Virus record (IMG/VR): IMGVR_UViG_3300023065_000157
Location: 1 to 47,914 of that record
Direction: 5' to 3' (one strand)
DNA length: 47,914 bases
From: a virus
Taxonomy: Duplodnaviria > Caudoviricetes
Below are positions 18,468-27,521 of this stretch, one piece after another (position 1 is the stretch's first letter; each line of letters starts with the position of its first letter). Position numbers and translations under genes: made by a program. Below the pieces are notes generated by a model, which saw nothing but the letters and a program-made list of their open reading frames with translations, ran no database searches and was not told where the DNA came from.

Positions 18468-18567
18468 GACTTTGATCCTTGATTTCGATCCGGAAGAAGA
18501 GCCCGTGGGAAACCGGCTGGATCAGATCCGGCTTGTCAGGCGGCCGCCCTATCCCACGGGTGTGCGG

Positions 18568-19035
18568 TTACGGGGTGACGGGCGCCACGACGATGACCGG
18601 TGGCTGGTTCAGCGCTACGGTGAAGTTGTTGAGGCGGAAGTCCTCATTGCGGCCGCCCGGGACGTTCGGGCCGGCGACCAATCCGCGCCAATACTCCAGC
18701 GTGCCGTCAGAGCGCTCGATCTTGAACGCGTAGTTGTCCTTGACGAACGGCGAGCCGGCGGCGCGCATCGCCGTCTGGCCCGGATCGGTGAGGTCTTCGG
18801 CCACTTCCACGGTCGGGTCACCGGCGTTGGTGATGCCCTTGCCCTTCAAGGACACGACGGTGTCCAGGGTGTCGTAGCTCACCACGTTTGTGTTGATGCC
18901 TCGCTCGCCCAGGCTGCCTACCTTCTTCACCTGGACGTAGGTCAGGGCGGCGAACTGCGTGGCGGTGAGTTCTTCGTTCTGCGGCAGTGCGCAGATGTGC
19001 AGCTTGTCGCCGCTGTTGGTTTGTGCTTCGGGCAT
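18568..19035 (-). CDS. Major tail tube protein
   Basis: KGKGITNAGD motif; GAGGAG RBS; synteny. Confidence 0.8.
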   Translation of the reverse strand: MPEAQTNSGDKLHICALPQNEELTATQFAALTYVQVKKVGSLGERGINTNVVSYDTLDTVVSLKGKGITNAGDPTVEVAEDLTDPGQTAMRAAGSPFVKDNYAFKIERSDGTLEYWRGLVAGPNVPGGRNEDFRLNNFTVALNQPPVIVVAPVTP

Positions 19036-19060
19036 GGCTCTATCTCCTCGCGATGGGCAT

Positions 19061-19083
19061 AAAAAAACCCGCCACGGGGCGGG
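19061..19083 (-). terminator. Rho-independent terminator
   Basis: CCCGCC-ccgt-GGCGGG followed by T7 on the minus strand. Confidence 0.75.
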
Positions 19084-19096
19084 GTGTTGGGGAACG

Positions 19097-19122
19097 AAAA
19101 GGCCCGCTGGTCAGCGGGCCTT
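19097..19122 (-). terminator. Second terminator-like hairpin
   Basis: AAGGCCCGCTG/CAGCGGGCCTT inverted repeat ending in TTTT. Confidence 0.5.
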
Positions 19123-19151
19123 GGGCATTTTTGATCGGGAACCTTGATGAG

Positions 19152-19529
19152 CTACCGGTTTCGTGTCATCGGCTCGATCTTCTTGAGAATCTCCGGAAGC
19201 AATTCGCTTCTTGTGTAGATCAGGATGCCTGTCTCTGGGTCCTGCCGAAGGTTCCGGGAATACTCATCATTCATTGCGGCAAAGAGACGGTTGAACCTAG
19301 CGCGCTTTATAAAACCGAGCCGCTGGACGAACGAATCCCTCTCCATCAACGTAGGCAGTTCAGATATCCCCCCGTCGGGGCGGTCGAGTTGCCGAAGAAC
19401 CCACTCTCGAAGCGGAGCGGCACTTTCGTTGAACTCCTTGCGCCGATCTCGGCCGATCGCAAGCCAGTGGCCTAGCAAAAGGCCTAGAAAGAAACTCAGG
19501 GCACTCCACGCCAATACCGACATGTCCAC
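19152..19529 (-). CDS. N-terminally membrane-anchored moron protein
   Basis: VLAWSALSFFLGLLLGHWLAIG TM segment; lower GC; followed by terminators. Confidence 0.7.
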   Translation of the reverse strand: MDMSVLAWSALSFFLGLLLGHWLAIGRDRRKEFNESAAPLREWVLRQLDRPDGGISELPTLMERDSFVQRLGFIKRARFNRLFAAMNDEYSRNLRQDPETGILIYTRSELLPEILKKIEPMTRNR

Positions 19530-19530
19530 C

Positions 19531-19773
19531 CTACTTTGGCGCCGGGGCCAACTTTGCCGAGACCAACTTCAACGCCTGGTCCCGGGTGAACCCGACCTCG
19601 ACATAAGCCAAGAACTCATCCCGCAAGAATCGGGCCTGCTCCCGATTGAAGGAATCGAGCAGATGGCGGTTCTGCCGCATCCGGTCAATGGCGTCGCGCA
19701 GCTGTTTCAATTCGCCCTCGTTGGGCGGAGAGTCACTGCGGACCAGGTGTAGGGCGGGCGGCTTAGGGCTCAT
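19531..19773 (-). CDS. Hypothetical protein
   Basis: 80 aa ORF filling the gap in the tail operon. Confidence 0.6.
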   Translation of the reverse strand: MSPKPPALHLVRSDSPPNEGELKQLRDAIDRMRQNRHLLDSFNREQARFLRDEFLAYVEVGFTRDQALKLVSAKLAPAPK

Positions 19774-19782
19774 AGCTGGATT

Positions 19783-20187
19783 CTAACCCGACACGAAGCC
19801 CCGCCAGGGGATGGTTACCGGATGCATGATCCGCTCGGGATCCTGGATGATCGAGCTGGTCCACGGTTTCCGATACACCCGCACCCCGGCAAAGGCGGTG
19901 CCCTTGGCGAAGGCGACGATAATCTGGTCAGTGATCTTGGTGCCCACGATGATGCCGCCGCCCGGCCGGTAGCAGGCCGACAGCTTGCCGAAACCCTGCA
20001 GCAGCGAGGGACCGTCGTCGCCCATGCCGTAATTCTGCGTCTGGTTGGGGAACCACTGAAGCTCCAGCCACGGGCCGTTGGCCGGCGGCGTGAAGCCGAG
20101 GCCGGGATAGGAGCACGGGAGACCAATGGCGGCAGCGAACTCGCCGACCAGCCCTGCGAAGGCGTCATAGATGGCCGTGTCACTCAT
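19783..20187 (-). CDS. Tail terminator-like protein
   Basis: Synteny; FTPP..GPWLE and PVTIPW motifs. Confidence 0.7.
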   Translation of the reverse strand: MSDTAIYDAFAGLVGEFAAAIGLPCSYPGLGFTPPANGPWLELQWFPNQTQNYGMGDDGPSLLQGFGKLSACYRPGGGIIVGTKITDQIIVAFAKGTAFAGVRVYRKPWTSSIIQDPERIMHPVTIPWRGFVSG

Positions 20188-20609
20188 TTGATCCGTTCCC
20201 TCACGTCCTTTGCCACCCTGTCCACGGTGAACGCCCAGTTCTGTGCAGCGGAGCGCATGAAGCCCTTGCCGGACTGGGCATAGACCCTGCCGAGGCTGTC
20301 CTCACCGTAGAAACCGTGTTCCATGCGAAGGGCGTAGGAGGCAGTCCACCCCGCCCACACCGACTGCCCCAGCTCGACGCCGGAGAACACCAGCGAAGGG
20401 TCACCGCCGCCGCCGTCGGGCGGGCCGGCCGTTGATGCAACTGCCGAGTTGCGAAGGAAGCCGGTGGCCACGGGCATCTTGCCGCCCTCGCCCTCCGGGG
20501 TGCTCGCATCTTCCATCACCGCCTGCGCCGACTCACGGAAGATCGCCAGCTGGCGCTGTTTGGCCTTCTCAGCGAAGGCCTTCGCCTGGTCACCGAACTT
20601 GTTGGCCAC
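20184..20609 (-). CDS. Tail completion protein (HK97 gp10-like)
   Basis: MPVATGFLRNS, YALRMEHG and GFMRSA motifs. Confidence 0.75.
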   Translation of the reverse strand: MANKFGDQAKAFAEKAKQRQLAIFRESAQAVMEDASTPEGEGGKMPVATGFLRNSAVASTAGPPDGGGGDPSLVFSGVELGQSVWAGWTASYALRMEHGFYGEDSLGRVYAQSGKGFMRSAAQNWAFTVDRVAKDVRERIK

Positions 20610-21681
20610 GCAGCACCTCCGCCGTCATGTCGATCCGGTACTGCTTCATGCAGCGGCAGCCGATGGTCTCTTCCGCACCTGCACCGAGCGAGCTGTCGCC
20701 GGGGTAGTTCATCTGCGCCCCGCTGGGCGTCACGAATGGCTCGCCGAACCGGCGCCGCTGGCCGTTCATCGCCGCGTGGCTGTGCCGGGTCTGACGGTCA
20801 CCGGTAGCCGACCAGGTGCAGGTGACGTTCTCCGGGGCCAGCTTCCCAGCAGCGATCTGCTGTCGGTACGACTCCTCCCGGCCAGCATTCATCGCGGTGA
20901 TCGACTCCGTACGCGCGATCATCTCGCCGCGCAGCGCCAGCAGCCGGTCTGCGTAGCGCCCTGCGATCTTCTCGATGTCGGCCTGCGACACGGGCTCACC
21001 GGCCGCGATGGCGCGCTTGACGATGCCGTCCAGGCGCTTGTCGCGGCGCTTGCGGCCGAAGTAGGCCGCCATCTGATTGGGGTCGCCGCTGGCCAGCTGC
21101 GCGCGCACGTTGGCTACGAACTGGCCCTGCTGAGCAGTGAGGCCCACGAGACCACCAGCGCGGCGGCCGCTCTCGCCGACCCTTCCCACCAGGTCCAGAG
21201 CGGTCTGGCGGGGATTGCGCCCCACGGCCATGCCCTGATGCAGCGCGCCCCGCACCAGCGTCCGCTGGTCCTCGATGATGCCGGTGATCAGCTGCGACGA
21301 GTTGTCCCGCAGCCAGCCCTCGGCAGCAGGGTTGCGCAGGTCGAACGATGGCCGGAGCGCCGGCGATGCGGACCGGGGGCGATACCGCCCGGTGATGATC
21401 GGGTCCAGAGACAGACGAAGCGGCGGCATCTCGCTGAGCCCTGCATCAGCACCAGCGACGAAGGCCTGCCGGATCGCCTCTGAGAGCGGCGAGAAGCGCG
21501 CAGCGTCCAAGCCCAGCGCCTCGAGCACCGTATCGACCTGGCCAGCACGAAGCAGGTCCGCCACCAGATCCAGCGGCGCCTGCCGTTGCACCTCTATCAG
21601 CGCCTGCACGAAGGCACGGCGGATGGCCGGCTCCAGCCGGATGGCCAGCTTCTCGATCTCGCGGGAGGATAGGTTGGCCAT
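20590..21681 (-). CDS. Head morphogenesis protein (Mu F / SPP1 gp7-like)
   Basis: IARTES, W.ATGD.QTRHSH and YPGD...IGCRC motifs. Confidence 0.85.
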   Translation of the reverse strand: MANLSSREIEKLAIRLEPAIRRAFVQALIEVQRQAPLDLVADLLRAGQVDTVLEALGLDAARFSPLSEAIRQAFVAGADAGLSEMPPLRLSLDPIITGRYRPRSASPALRPSFDLRNPAAEGWLRDNSSQLITGIIEDQRTLVRGALHQGMAVGRNPRQTALDLVGRVGESGRRAGGLVGLTAQQGQFVANVRAQLASGDPNQMAAYFGRKRRDKRLDGIVKRAIAAGEPVSQADIEKIAGRYADRLLALRGEMIARTESITAMNAGREESYRQQIAAGKLAPENVTCTWSATGDRQTRHSHAAMNGQRRRFGEPFVTPSGAQMNYPGDSSLGAGAEETIGCRCMKQYRIDMTAEVLRGQQVR

Positions 21682-22037
21682 CAGCGACGGGCGTGGAACT
21701 CGTAGAGAAGGACCTGCCCACCGGGAGAGAGCGGCTGCAGGTCAATGAAGTTGTAGGGCACGCCACCCAGCAGGATCCGGTCGTCCTTGACCGGCTCGAT
21801 GTCGATCGCCGTGGAGATCAGCCCCAGCTTGTCGCCCTTCAGCACCAGCGTGCCGTCGCGGTCGGTGAGGCTGTATTCCAGCTCCACCACTGTGCAGTCG
21901 TGGCTGGTGGGCTGACCAGGCTGCGGATTGTGCGGCGGGCCCGTGGGAGGACCTGCGCGCTGCAGCTGAGTGGCATAGCCGTACTGTCCGATCAGCCCCG
22001 CCGCTGTGGCTCGCATTCGCTCGTAGAAGGTCGCCAT
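21681..22037 (-). CDS. Head closure / head-tail joining protein
   Basis: Synteny; TGATG coupling. Confidence 0.65.
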   Translation of the reverse strand: MATFYERMRATAAGLIGQYGYATQLQRAGPPTGPPHNPQPGQPTSHDCTVVELEYSLTDRDGTLVLKGDKLGLISTAIDIEPVKDDRILLGGVPYNFIDLQPLSPGGQVLLYEFHARR

Positions 22038-22549
22038 CAGACCACTCTCACTGCAGGCGTCTGTGCCGGCGTCCGCAGCAGAGGCCCGAGGATGCCGTCA
22101 ATGACCGGGATGGCCGGCCGGTTCGGCGGCTGATCGCCCGCAGAAGCTTCGAGGTAAGTGACCTCGATGGGACCGACCTTCTCCTTGGACACCGCCTCAC
22201 TGGCGACATAGTCCGGGGAAAGGCTTCCGGGGTTGGCCAGCTCCCGCAGCGCGGCCTCGTAGGAGGCCTGCACGACCTCGACGGGCACCTCATCCGCTGG
22301 AATAGGAGCACCTTCGTTGTCGATCGCACGGGTGCGAGGCCACTCGTTCGGCTGGCCCCGCCCGGCAGTGCGCACGCCGGGGAACATCGACGCCCAGCGG
22401 CCGGAACGCAACAGGATCCGGTAACGACCGTCGATGTAGTCCGTTGCGCGGATCAGCGCGGCGGTACGCGCGCCCGCTTCACCATTGCCCCAGGCGGCGT
22501 TGCCGCGCGTCTGGTGGTAGGTGTCCGCCCCTTCCAGCGTGCCGTACAT
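22037..22549 (-). CDS. Head-tail adaptor (DnaT-like phage family)
   Basis: ALIRATDYID, WPR and KEKVGPIEVTY motifs. Confidence 0.75.
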   Translation of the reverse strand: MYGTLEGADTYHQTRGNAAWGNGEAGARTAALIRATDYIDGRYRILLRSGRWASMFPGVRTAGRGQPNEWPRTRAIDNEGAPIPADEVPVEVVQASYEAALRELANPGSLSPDYVASEAVSKEKVGPIEVTYLEASAGDQPPNRPAIPVIDGILGPLLRTPAQTPAVRVV

Positions 22550-22551
22550 GG

Positions 22552-23160
22552 TCAGCCCTCGCCCTTCTTCGCCTCGGCCTCGGCGATGGCTTGCTTCAGC
22601 TTGTCGATGCCCCAGTGGCCGCCCACGCCCGGGATGTTGAGCGCCTTGGCCTTCGCCACAAGCACGCCCTTGTCTTCCGGACCATTACTGCCCGCTGCGC
22701 CAGCATCAGCGGCGCCGGCCGCGCCTTCGCCGCCCGCATCGGTCGAGGTGGCCGCGCCGCCCTTTTTCGCCTCGGCCTCGGCGATGGCTTCCGAGCGGAG
22801 CTGTTCCACCGCGTCGGCCAGCTTGGCCTCGCGCAGGGTGCCGTCCAGGTCGTTCCAGGCTTCGATGGACAGGCCGGAAGCGGTATGCGCGTGGCGAACC
22901 ACGTCGCCCAGCGACACGGAGACGCCATCGACCAAGTCGATGTTGGCCGGCAACAGGTTGGAGCCCAGCAGGCTCGGCGCCGGCGGCGCAGACGCACTGG
23001 CATCCCCGCCGAGGGTCAGGATCTTGGCCTTGATCCAACCCTGCACCACGGTGTTCTTCTTAAGCTGCTCCCAGTTGGCGACCAGCGACGCGATGCCGGG
23101 CTGCAGCACGGTGCCATCAGGCAGGCCGAGCGGTCCCTTGTGGTTGTTCATGATTTCCAT
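22552..23160 (-). CDS. Hypothetical virion-associated protein
   Basis: Start MEIMNNHKG at 23160 with GGGAG RBS; follows the capsid gene. Confidence 0.65.
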   Translation of the reverse strand: MEIMNNHKGPLGLPDGTVLQPGIASLVANWEQLKKNTVVQGWIKAKILTLGGDASASAPPAPSLLGSNLLPANIDLVDGVSVSLGDVVRHAHTASGLSIEAWNDLDGTLREAKLADAVEQLRSEAIAEAEAKKGGAATSTDAGGEGAAGAADAGAAGSNGPEDKGVLVAKAKALNIPGVGGHWGIDKLKQAIAEAEAKKGEG

Positions 23161-23204
23161 GCTTTGCTCCCGTTGGCCCCGGCACGAAGCCGGGGCCGTG
23201 GTAA

Positions 23205-24143
23205 TCAGATGCCGTCCAGGTAGACGACTTCCTTGGGCAGGCGCACGTCCAGGCCACCCAGGCGCATCACGCCCGGGATGTCCCAGCGCAACGGGCCGCT
23301 CTGCCACGCCGGCAGGAAGCGGTGCGGCATGGGCATATGCAGCTTCAGCACCTGCGGATCTTTGCGGTAGGCGACGAGGCGCGTGGTGCCGCCGACACCC
23401 GCGGTGTCCAAGCCACGCACGCCGCGCACGGTGAGCTGCTGGCCGGTCTGCACGGTGTACAGGTTGTTGGCCAGATACCACTGCATCACGGTCATGTCGC
23501 TGTGCTCACTCATCTTGCGGGTGGCCAGCAGGTTGAAGCGGGACCACGGCAGCAGCAGCGTGTCGGCGATGGAGGCCGTGTTGGTCCCGTTGAAGACGTT
23601 CAACAGCGCTTGGTTCAGCACCCCGACGATCAGGTTCGTGTCGGTTTCGACGGTCCAGTTGCCGGTCTGCGCGGCAACCGGGGTCACACCCTGCGCGTTG
23701 TACAGGCCGGTGAAGCCCTTGTCGGCGTCGCCTTGCAGTGCAACGCGGTCGATCATCTCTTCCGAGGCCCGGCGGGCGGCATCGGCGTCCTCACTCTGCA
23801 GGTTGATGCCCAGCAACTGGGCCCGGCCGATCTCTTCCCAGCCGTAGCCGTAGCCGATACCAGCGGTGTGCACGCCAGTCTGGTGCTGGGCGCGATTGGT
23901 GCCGGCCTTCGGGATGTCGTCCGCGTTGCCGTTGATCCAGCCCGCCTTGCCGTACTGGTCGGACGAGAAGTAGGTCACCGAGGTGGCGAACTCGCTGCCG
24001 GAGGTGTCGACCGGGATCAGGTCGCGGTACTGCACCGATGGGTAGCGGGTGCGGTAGACGCCCGGTTCGATGATCGATGCCTGGGCGATGACGAAGCCGA
24101 GGGCGGCCTGCGCATCGAACAGGTGCATGGACTGTCCATTCAT
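23205..24143 (-). CDS. Major capsid protein (DUF2184 family)
   Basis: 312 aa ending GGLDVRLPKEVVYLDGI; AAGGAG RBS. Confidence 0.88.
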   Translation of the reverse strand: MNGQSMHLFDAQAALGFVIAQASIIEPGVYRTRYPSVQYRDLIPVDTSGSEFATSVTYFSSDQYGKAGWINGNADDIPKAGTNRAQHQTGVHTAGIGYGYGWEEIGRAQLLGINLQSEDADAARRASEEMIDRVALQGDADKGFTGLYNAQGVTPVAAQTGNWTVETDTNLIVGVLNQALLNVFNGTNTASIADTLLLPWSRFNLLATRKMSEHSDMTVMQWYLANNLYTVQTGQQLTVRGVRGLDTAGVGGTTRLVAYRKDPQVLKLHMPMPHRFLPAWQSGPLRWDIPGVMRLGGLDVRLPKEVVYLDGI

Positions 24144-24155
24144 TGGTTTGGCTCC

Positions 24156-24608
24156 TTAGCCGAGACGGACGACGGCCAGCTGGCCGGCGGCGGTGGTGCT
24201 GGTGTCCCAGCGGGCGCCCGCGAAGGCGGTGTTGTCGGTGGCCACGTTGGTGAACGTGCCCGCCTCGGTGACGAAGACCGGATCGCCGGCCTTGACCGCT
24301 ACCGCAGCGGTGACCCAGACGTCACCCTTGGTGATGACGCGGGCCGAGGAGCGCTGCGCGAAGCTGTCCGGAACGCCATCGCTGCCAACCGCAGAGCGGT
24401 CCAGCAAGGTGATGCCGACGAGCTTCAGCGCGCCGGTGCCGGCCAGGACGATGCCCTTGTCGGCAGCACCCTGGGCGACTGCACGACCGAAGCCGATGCC
24501 CGGGGCCGTTTCCACGTCACGGGAGATGATGGTGGCCGGCAGCATGGTCGCCTGCGCACCGAGGGTGGCGGCAGGCTGGATGTCGGGGTAGTTGGTCTGC
24601 AGTGCCAT
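24156..24608 (-). CDS. Head decoration / cement protein
   Basis: Between protease and capsid; GDVWV and AGDPVFV motifs. Confidence 0.75.
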   Translation of the reverse strand: MALQTNYPDIQPAATLGAQATMLPATIISRDVETAPGIGFGRAVAQGAADKGIVLAGTGALKLVGITLLDRSAVGSDGVPDSFAQRSSARVITKGDVWVTAAVAVKAGDPVFVTEAGTFTNVATDNTAFAGARWDTSTTAAGQLAVVRLG

Positions 24609-24611
24609 GGC

Positions 24612-25733
24612 TTAGGCCTCCTTGTGGCCGGCGGTGCGGTAGTCCAGGCCGGCCACGGACGCGGCATAGCCGTTGTCCTGCACGTTCTGGCGGTGGATGG
24701 CGTGGTCACCGAGGGCGGTCACGACCGGGTCGCGCGGCTTGGCGCTGTCGTAGAGGTGGTCGAAGCGCGCCTCCACATAGGCCTCGTGCTTGCCGGCCAC
24801 GGCTGCGTCGCCGAGCTTGGCGGCCACGGCGATGGCGCGGACCTGCGCATCGGTCTGGCCGCTGTAGTCGGCATCGTGGATGGCCTTGGCCTTGCCGATC
24901 AGGTCGCCGCGCTGCTGCACGCGCTGATCCAGCGCCGCGTCGCTCAACACCTGGCCCTTCAGGCCGTCGATCTCGGCGTCGCGCTTGGCGATCTCGGCAT
25001 CCTTGACCGCGATTGCCGCCTGGTGGGCGTGGTCAGCGGACGCCTGCGCAGTCTGCGCGTCCTTCAGCTGCGCCTGCAGCTTGCCGATGGCCTGTGCGCC
25101 GGCGTCGTTGGTCACGACGGACAGCCCATCGACCAGGATGGTCTTGTCGCTCATGGTTGGTTCCTTCTGGTGGTGATGGGGGCCGGGATCCGGAGCACCA
25201 GGGGCGCCCCCGTCCCCGATGCGAAACTCATGGCCAGCCCGGCCGAACCGGACCATCGCCAGATGGTTGTTGCGGATGTTTCGCTGGATGGCGTCGAACG
25301 GCTCGCCCTCAGGCGTCACCCCGTCAGTCCAGTCGATCTCGGACGAATAGCCCTGCGACAGCTCGCGCTTGCCGGCCTCGTAGTCCGCGATCGCGCCCTG
25401 GTCCATCAGCACCAACGGCACGCGCACACGCTTCTGGTCGTGGACGACCTCGTCGCCGGTCTGGCCCACCGCGTACTTCTTCCAGTTCTGCGCGTTCACC
25501 TGCTCCGGCGGGTGGTCGTTGGTCATCGGGCGGTGGGCGAAGCTGCGCAGGGTGGCGTCGGAGAACACCTCTTCCGGCGGCCGGTAGAGGCGCACGTTCA
25601 GCAGATCGGGGCGGCCCAACTCTTCGCCGAGGTACGTCTGGACGCCCGTGCGTGCGACAAATGCGTCGGCCACCAGGTAGCCGTCGGCGGTGCGGCGGAC
25701 ACCCGACAGCGGGACGCGGTCAGTAAGAAACAT
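24612..25733 (-). CDS. Prohead protease/scaffold (DUF2213)
   Basis: ARTGVQ.Y, TNDHP, RELSQGY and NHLAMV..GRAG motifs; helical C-terminal scaffold. Confidence 0.88.
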   Translation of the reverse strand: MFLTDRVPLSGVRRTADGYLVADAFVARTGVQTYLGEELGRPDLLNVRLYRPPEEVFSDATLRSFAHRPMTNDHPPEQVNAQNWKKYAVGQTGDEVVHDQKRVRVPLVLMDQGAIADYEAGKRELSQGYSSEIDWTDGVTPEGEPFDAIQRNIRNNHLAMVRFGRAGHEFRIGDGGAPGAPDPGPHHHQKEPTMSDKTILVDGLSVVTNDAGAQAIGKLQAQLKDAQTAQASADHAHQAAIAVKDAEIAKRDAEIDGLKGQVLSDAALDQRVQQRGDLIGKAKAIHDADYSGQTDAQVRAIAVAAKLGDAAVAGKHEAYVEARFDHLYDSAKPRDPVVTALGDHAIHRQNVQDNGYAASVAGLDYRTAGHKEA

Positions 25734-25736
25734 GGT

Positions 25737-27521
25737 TCAGTCCTCGCGGAGCTCTTCGAAGATTTCCGGCCCGAGCACGATGCGGCCTCGGTACGGCTCG
25801 ACCTTGGAGAGGTCGGTGGGTGCCTTCGTCAGGCTGATGTGCGGGGTGTAGTCCTCGAAGTCGTGTGACCCACCCGCGCGGATGATGCTTTCGTGGCGCC
25901 AGACCAGCTGGGAGGAAGCGAACAGGATCACCGCCGACATGCCACCCAGCGGCTCGACTGCGCGCGGGCCACCTTCGGGGATCACGAGCTCGTCCCTGCC
26001 GTCCGAACCCCAGTCATTGGCGTTGCCCGCCTTGATCCAGTCGAATGCCTGGCTGGAGTGGACGATGGTGACGTGCAGGTCGTCGCGCAGGTCTGTGATG
26101 CCCTGCCCCCTCGCCCAGGCAGCGATCTCGCTGACGTTCTGGACGTCGCGGCGGACATACAGCGAGCGAGGTGCCGCATCGACAACCGGCGTGGCCGCTG
26201 CCCGCCTCTCTTCGTCGTCCTCAGGATGGTCGCCTTCGGGCGCCGACAGCTCGTACTCGGCCATTTCCGATTCCAGACCGGGCGCCACGCCTGCCTCGGT
26301 GAGCATGTTCACTGCCACCGTGGTCATCACGTCGTCGGGGATCAGCTTCGTCTCCGCAACGATCTTGATGCTCTCGGCGGTGGTCTTGCCGATGTCAGCC
26401 CGCTCCTTGTCGGTGGTCTGCCACAGACTGCGCCAGTTGTAGAACACCTCGTCGGGGCGGTCGCCCAAAGCTGAGCGGATCAGGCATTCATCCAGAACCT
26501 GCAGTGCCGGGCTCAGCACCAGCTCCTGGCCCGAACTGATCCGGTCGTAGTAGTTGCGCAGATCGCTCTCACCGGTGGCATTGAGGCCCCCGGGTGACTG
26601 GCTCATCAAGCGGGTCATCGGAATGTCGGCTGCGCCCGACGCCATCTGCATGAAGGACATCAGCACGTCCGTCAGGCCGCCGAACTGGAGCTGCTTCTGC
26701 TCGTACTCTTCGGCGGCATCCATGATCAGGGTGCCGTTTATGCCCTTCGCCATCATGGCCAGCTGCAAGCGCTGCAGCATCTGCTGCTCGAACTCCGGAT
26801 CCGCGAGCTTCTCCATGAAGTCCGGGATCTTGATGACGTCGACTTTGGCCTCGAACACCATGGACGCGATGTTCGCCGTGGTGGCATCGGCGTCCTTGAG
26901 GGCGCGACTGATCGCCATCAGCACTGAATCGCCCCAGCCGTCACCCGTGTCCAGCTCGGGGTCTGGTTTGGGCGCACCGTGGAAGATCACGAGGCGCGAG
27001 GGATGGATGCGAATCTGCCCAGCGGTGCCGCTGCTCAGGTTGTAGAAGGCCGGCCGGCCGTACCCGGGGGACTCGGGGTCGCGATCAAGCTCGCCGCCCT
27101 GCAGCACCCGCTTAGAGAGCACGTTGAGGTGGCGAATCCCGCCTTTCCCGATGCTCTCCGGACGCAGGGGCTGCATCGGGTCGCTGTTGCCAGTCCCGAT
27201 GTACAGCGCAGCGCCGCCGGCGAGACGGGCGCGGATCATTGCCTCTAGGGTCTTCTGCTGCAGCCCGAGCCGCTTCTCCTCCGCTTCGATGTCGCTGATC
27301 TGCGCCTGGTCGGCGCTCCACCCTCGCCATTTCCGGCAGCTGTCCATGGCCGGAATGTCGATCACCTTGCGAGCCAGCCAGGTGCCGCGGTAAGCGTTGT
27401 TGGCGTCCTGCTCTGAGAGCACCGGGAGGCCGTATGCGGTGGAGGCAGCCTTGTCGCGCGGCGTGCCCAGATTGGCAACCAGGTTGACCAGCCCGTCCCT
27501 TATTTGTGCGAGCTTGCCCAT
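25737..27521 (-). CDS. Portal protein (DUF1073-like) fused to a C-terminal Acb1-like 2H phosphoesterase
   Basis: Portal motifs (DIPMTRL..SPGGLNATGESDLRNYYD); acidic linker; C-terminal domain with LHVTI and PHISL. Confidence 0.88.
   Translation of the reverse strand: MGKLAQIRDGLVNLVANLGTPRDKAASTAYGLPVLSEQDANNAYRGTWLARKVIDIPAMDSCRKWRGWSADQAQISDIEAEEKRLGLQQKTLEAMIRARLAGGAALYIGTGNSDPMQPLRPESIGKGGIRHLNVLSKRVLQGGELDRDPESPGYGRPAFYNLSSGTAGQIRIHPSRLVIFHGAPKPDPELDTGDGWGDSVLMAISRALKDADATTANIASMVFEAKVDVIKIPDFMEKLADPEFEQQMLQRLQLAMMAKGINGTLIMDAAEEYEQKQLQFGGLTDVLMSFMQMASGAADIPMTRLMSQSPGGLNATGESDLRNYYDRISSGQELVLSPALQVLDECLIRSALGDRPDEVFYNWRSLWQTTDKERADIGKTTAESIKIVAETKLIPDDVMTTVAVNMLTEAGVAPGLESEMAEYELSAPEGDHPEDDEERRAAATPVVDAAPRSLYVRRDVQNVSEIAAWARGQGITDLRDDLHVTIVHSSQAFDWIKAGNANDWGSDGRDELVIPEGGPRAVEPLGGMSAVILFASSQLVWRHESIIRAGGSHDFEDYTPHISLTKAPTDLSKVEPYRGRIVLGPEIFEELRED

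Noticed and set aside
23322-25868. 848-aa plus-strand ORF
   Set aside because: Shadow of the capsid, decoration and protease genes.
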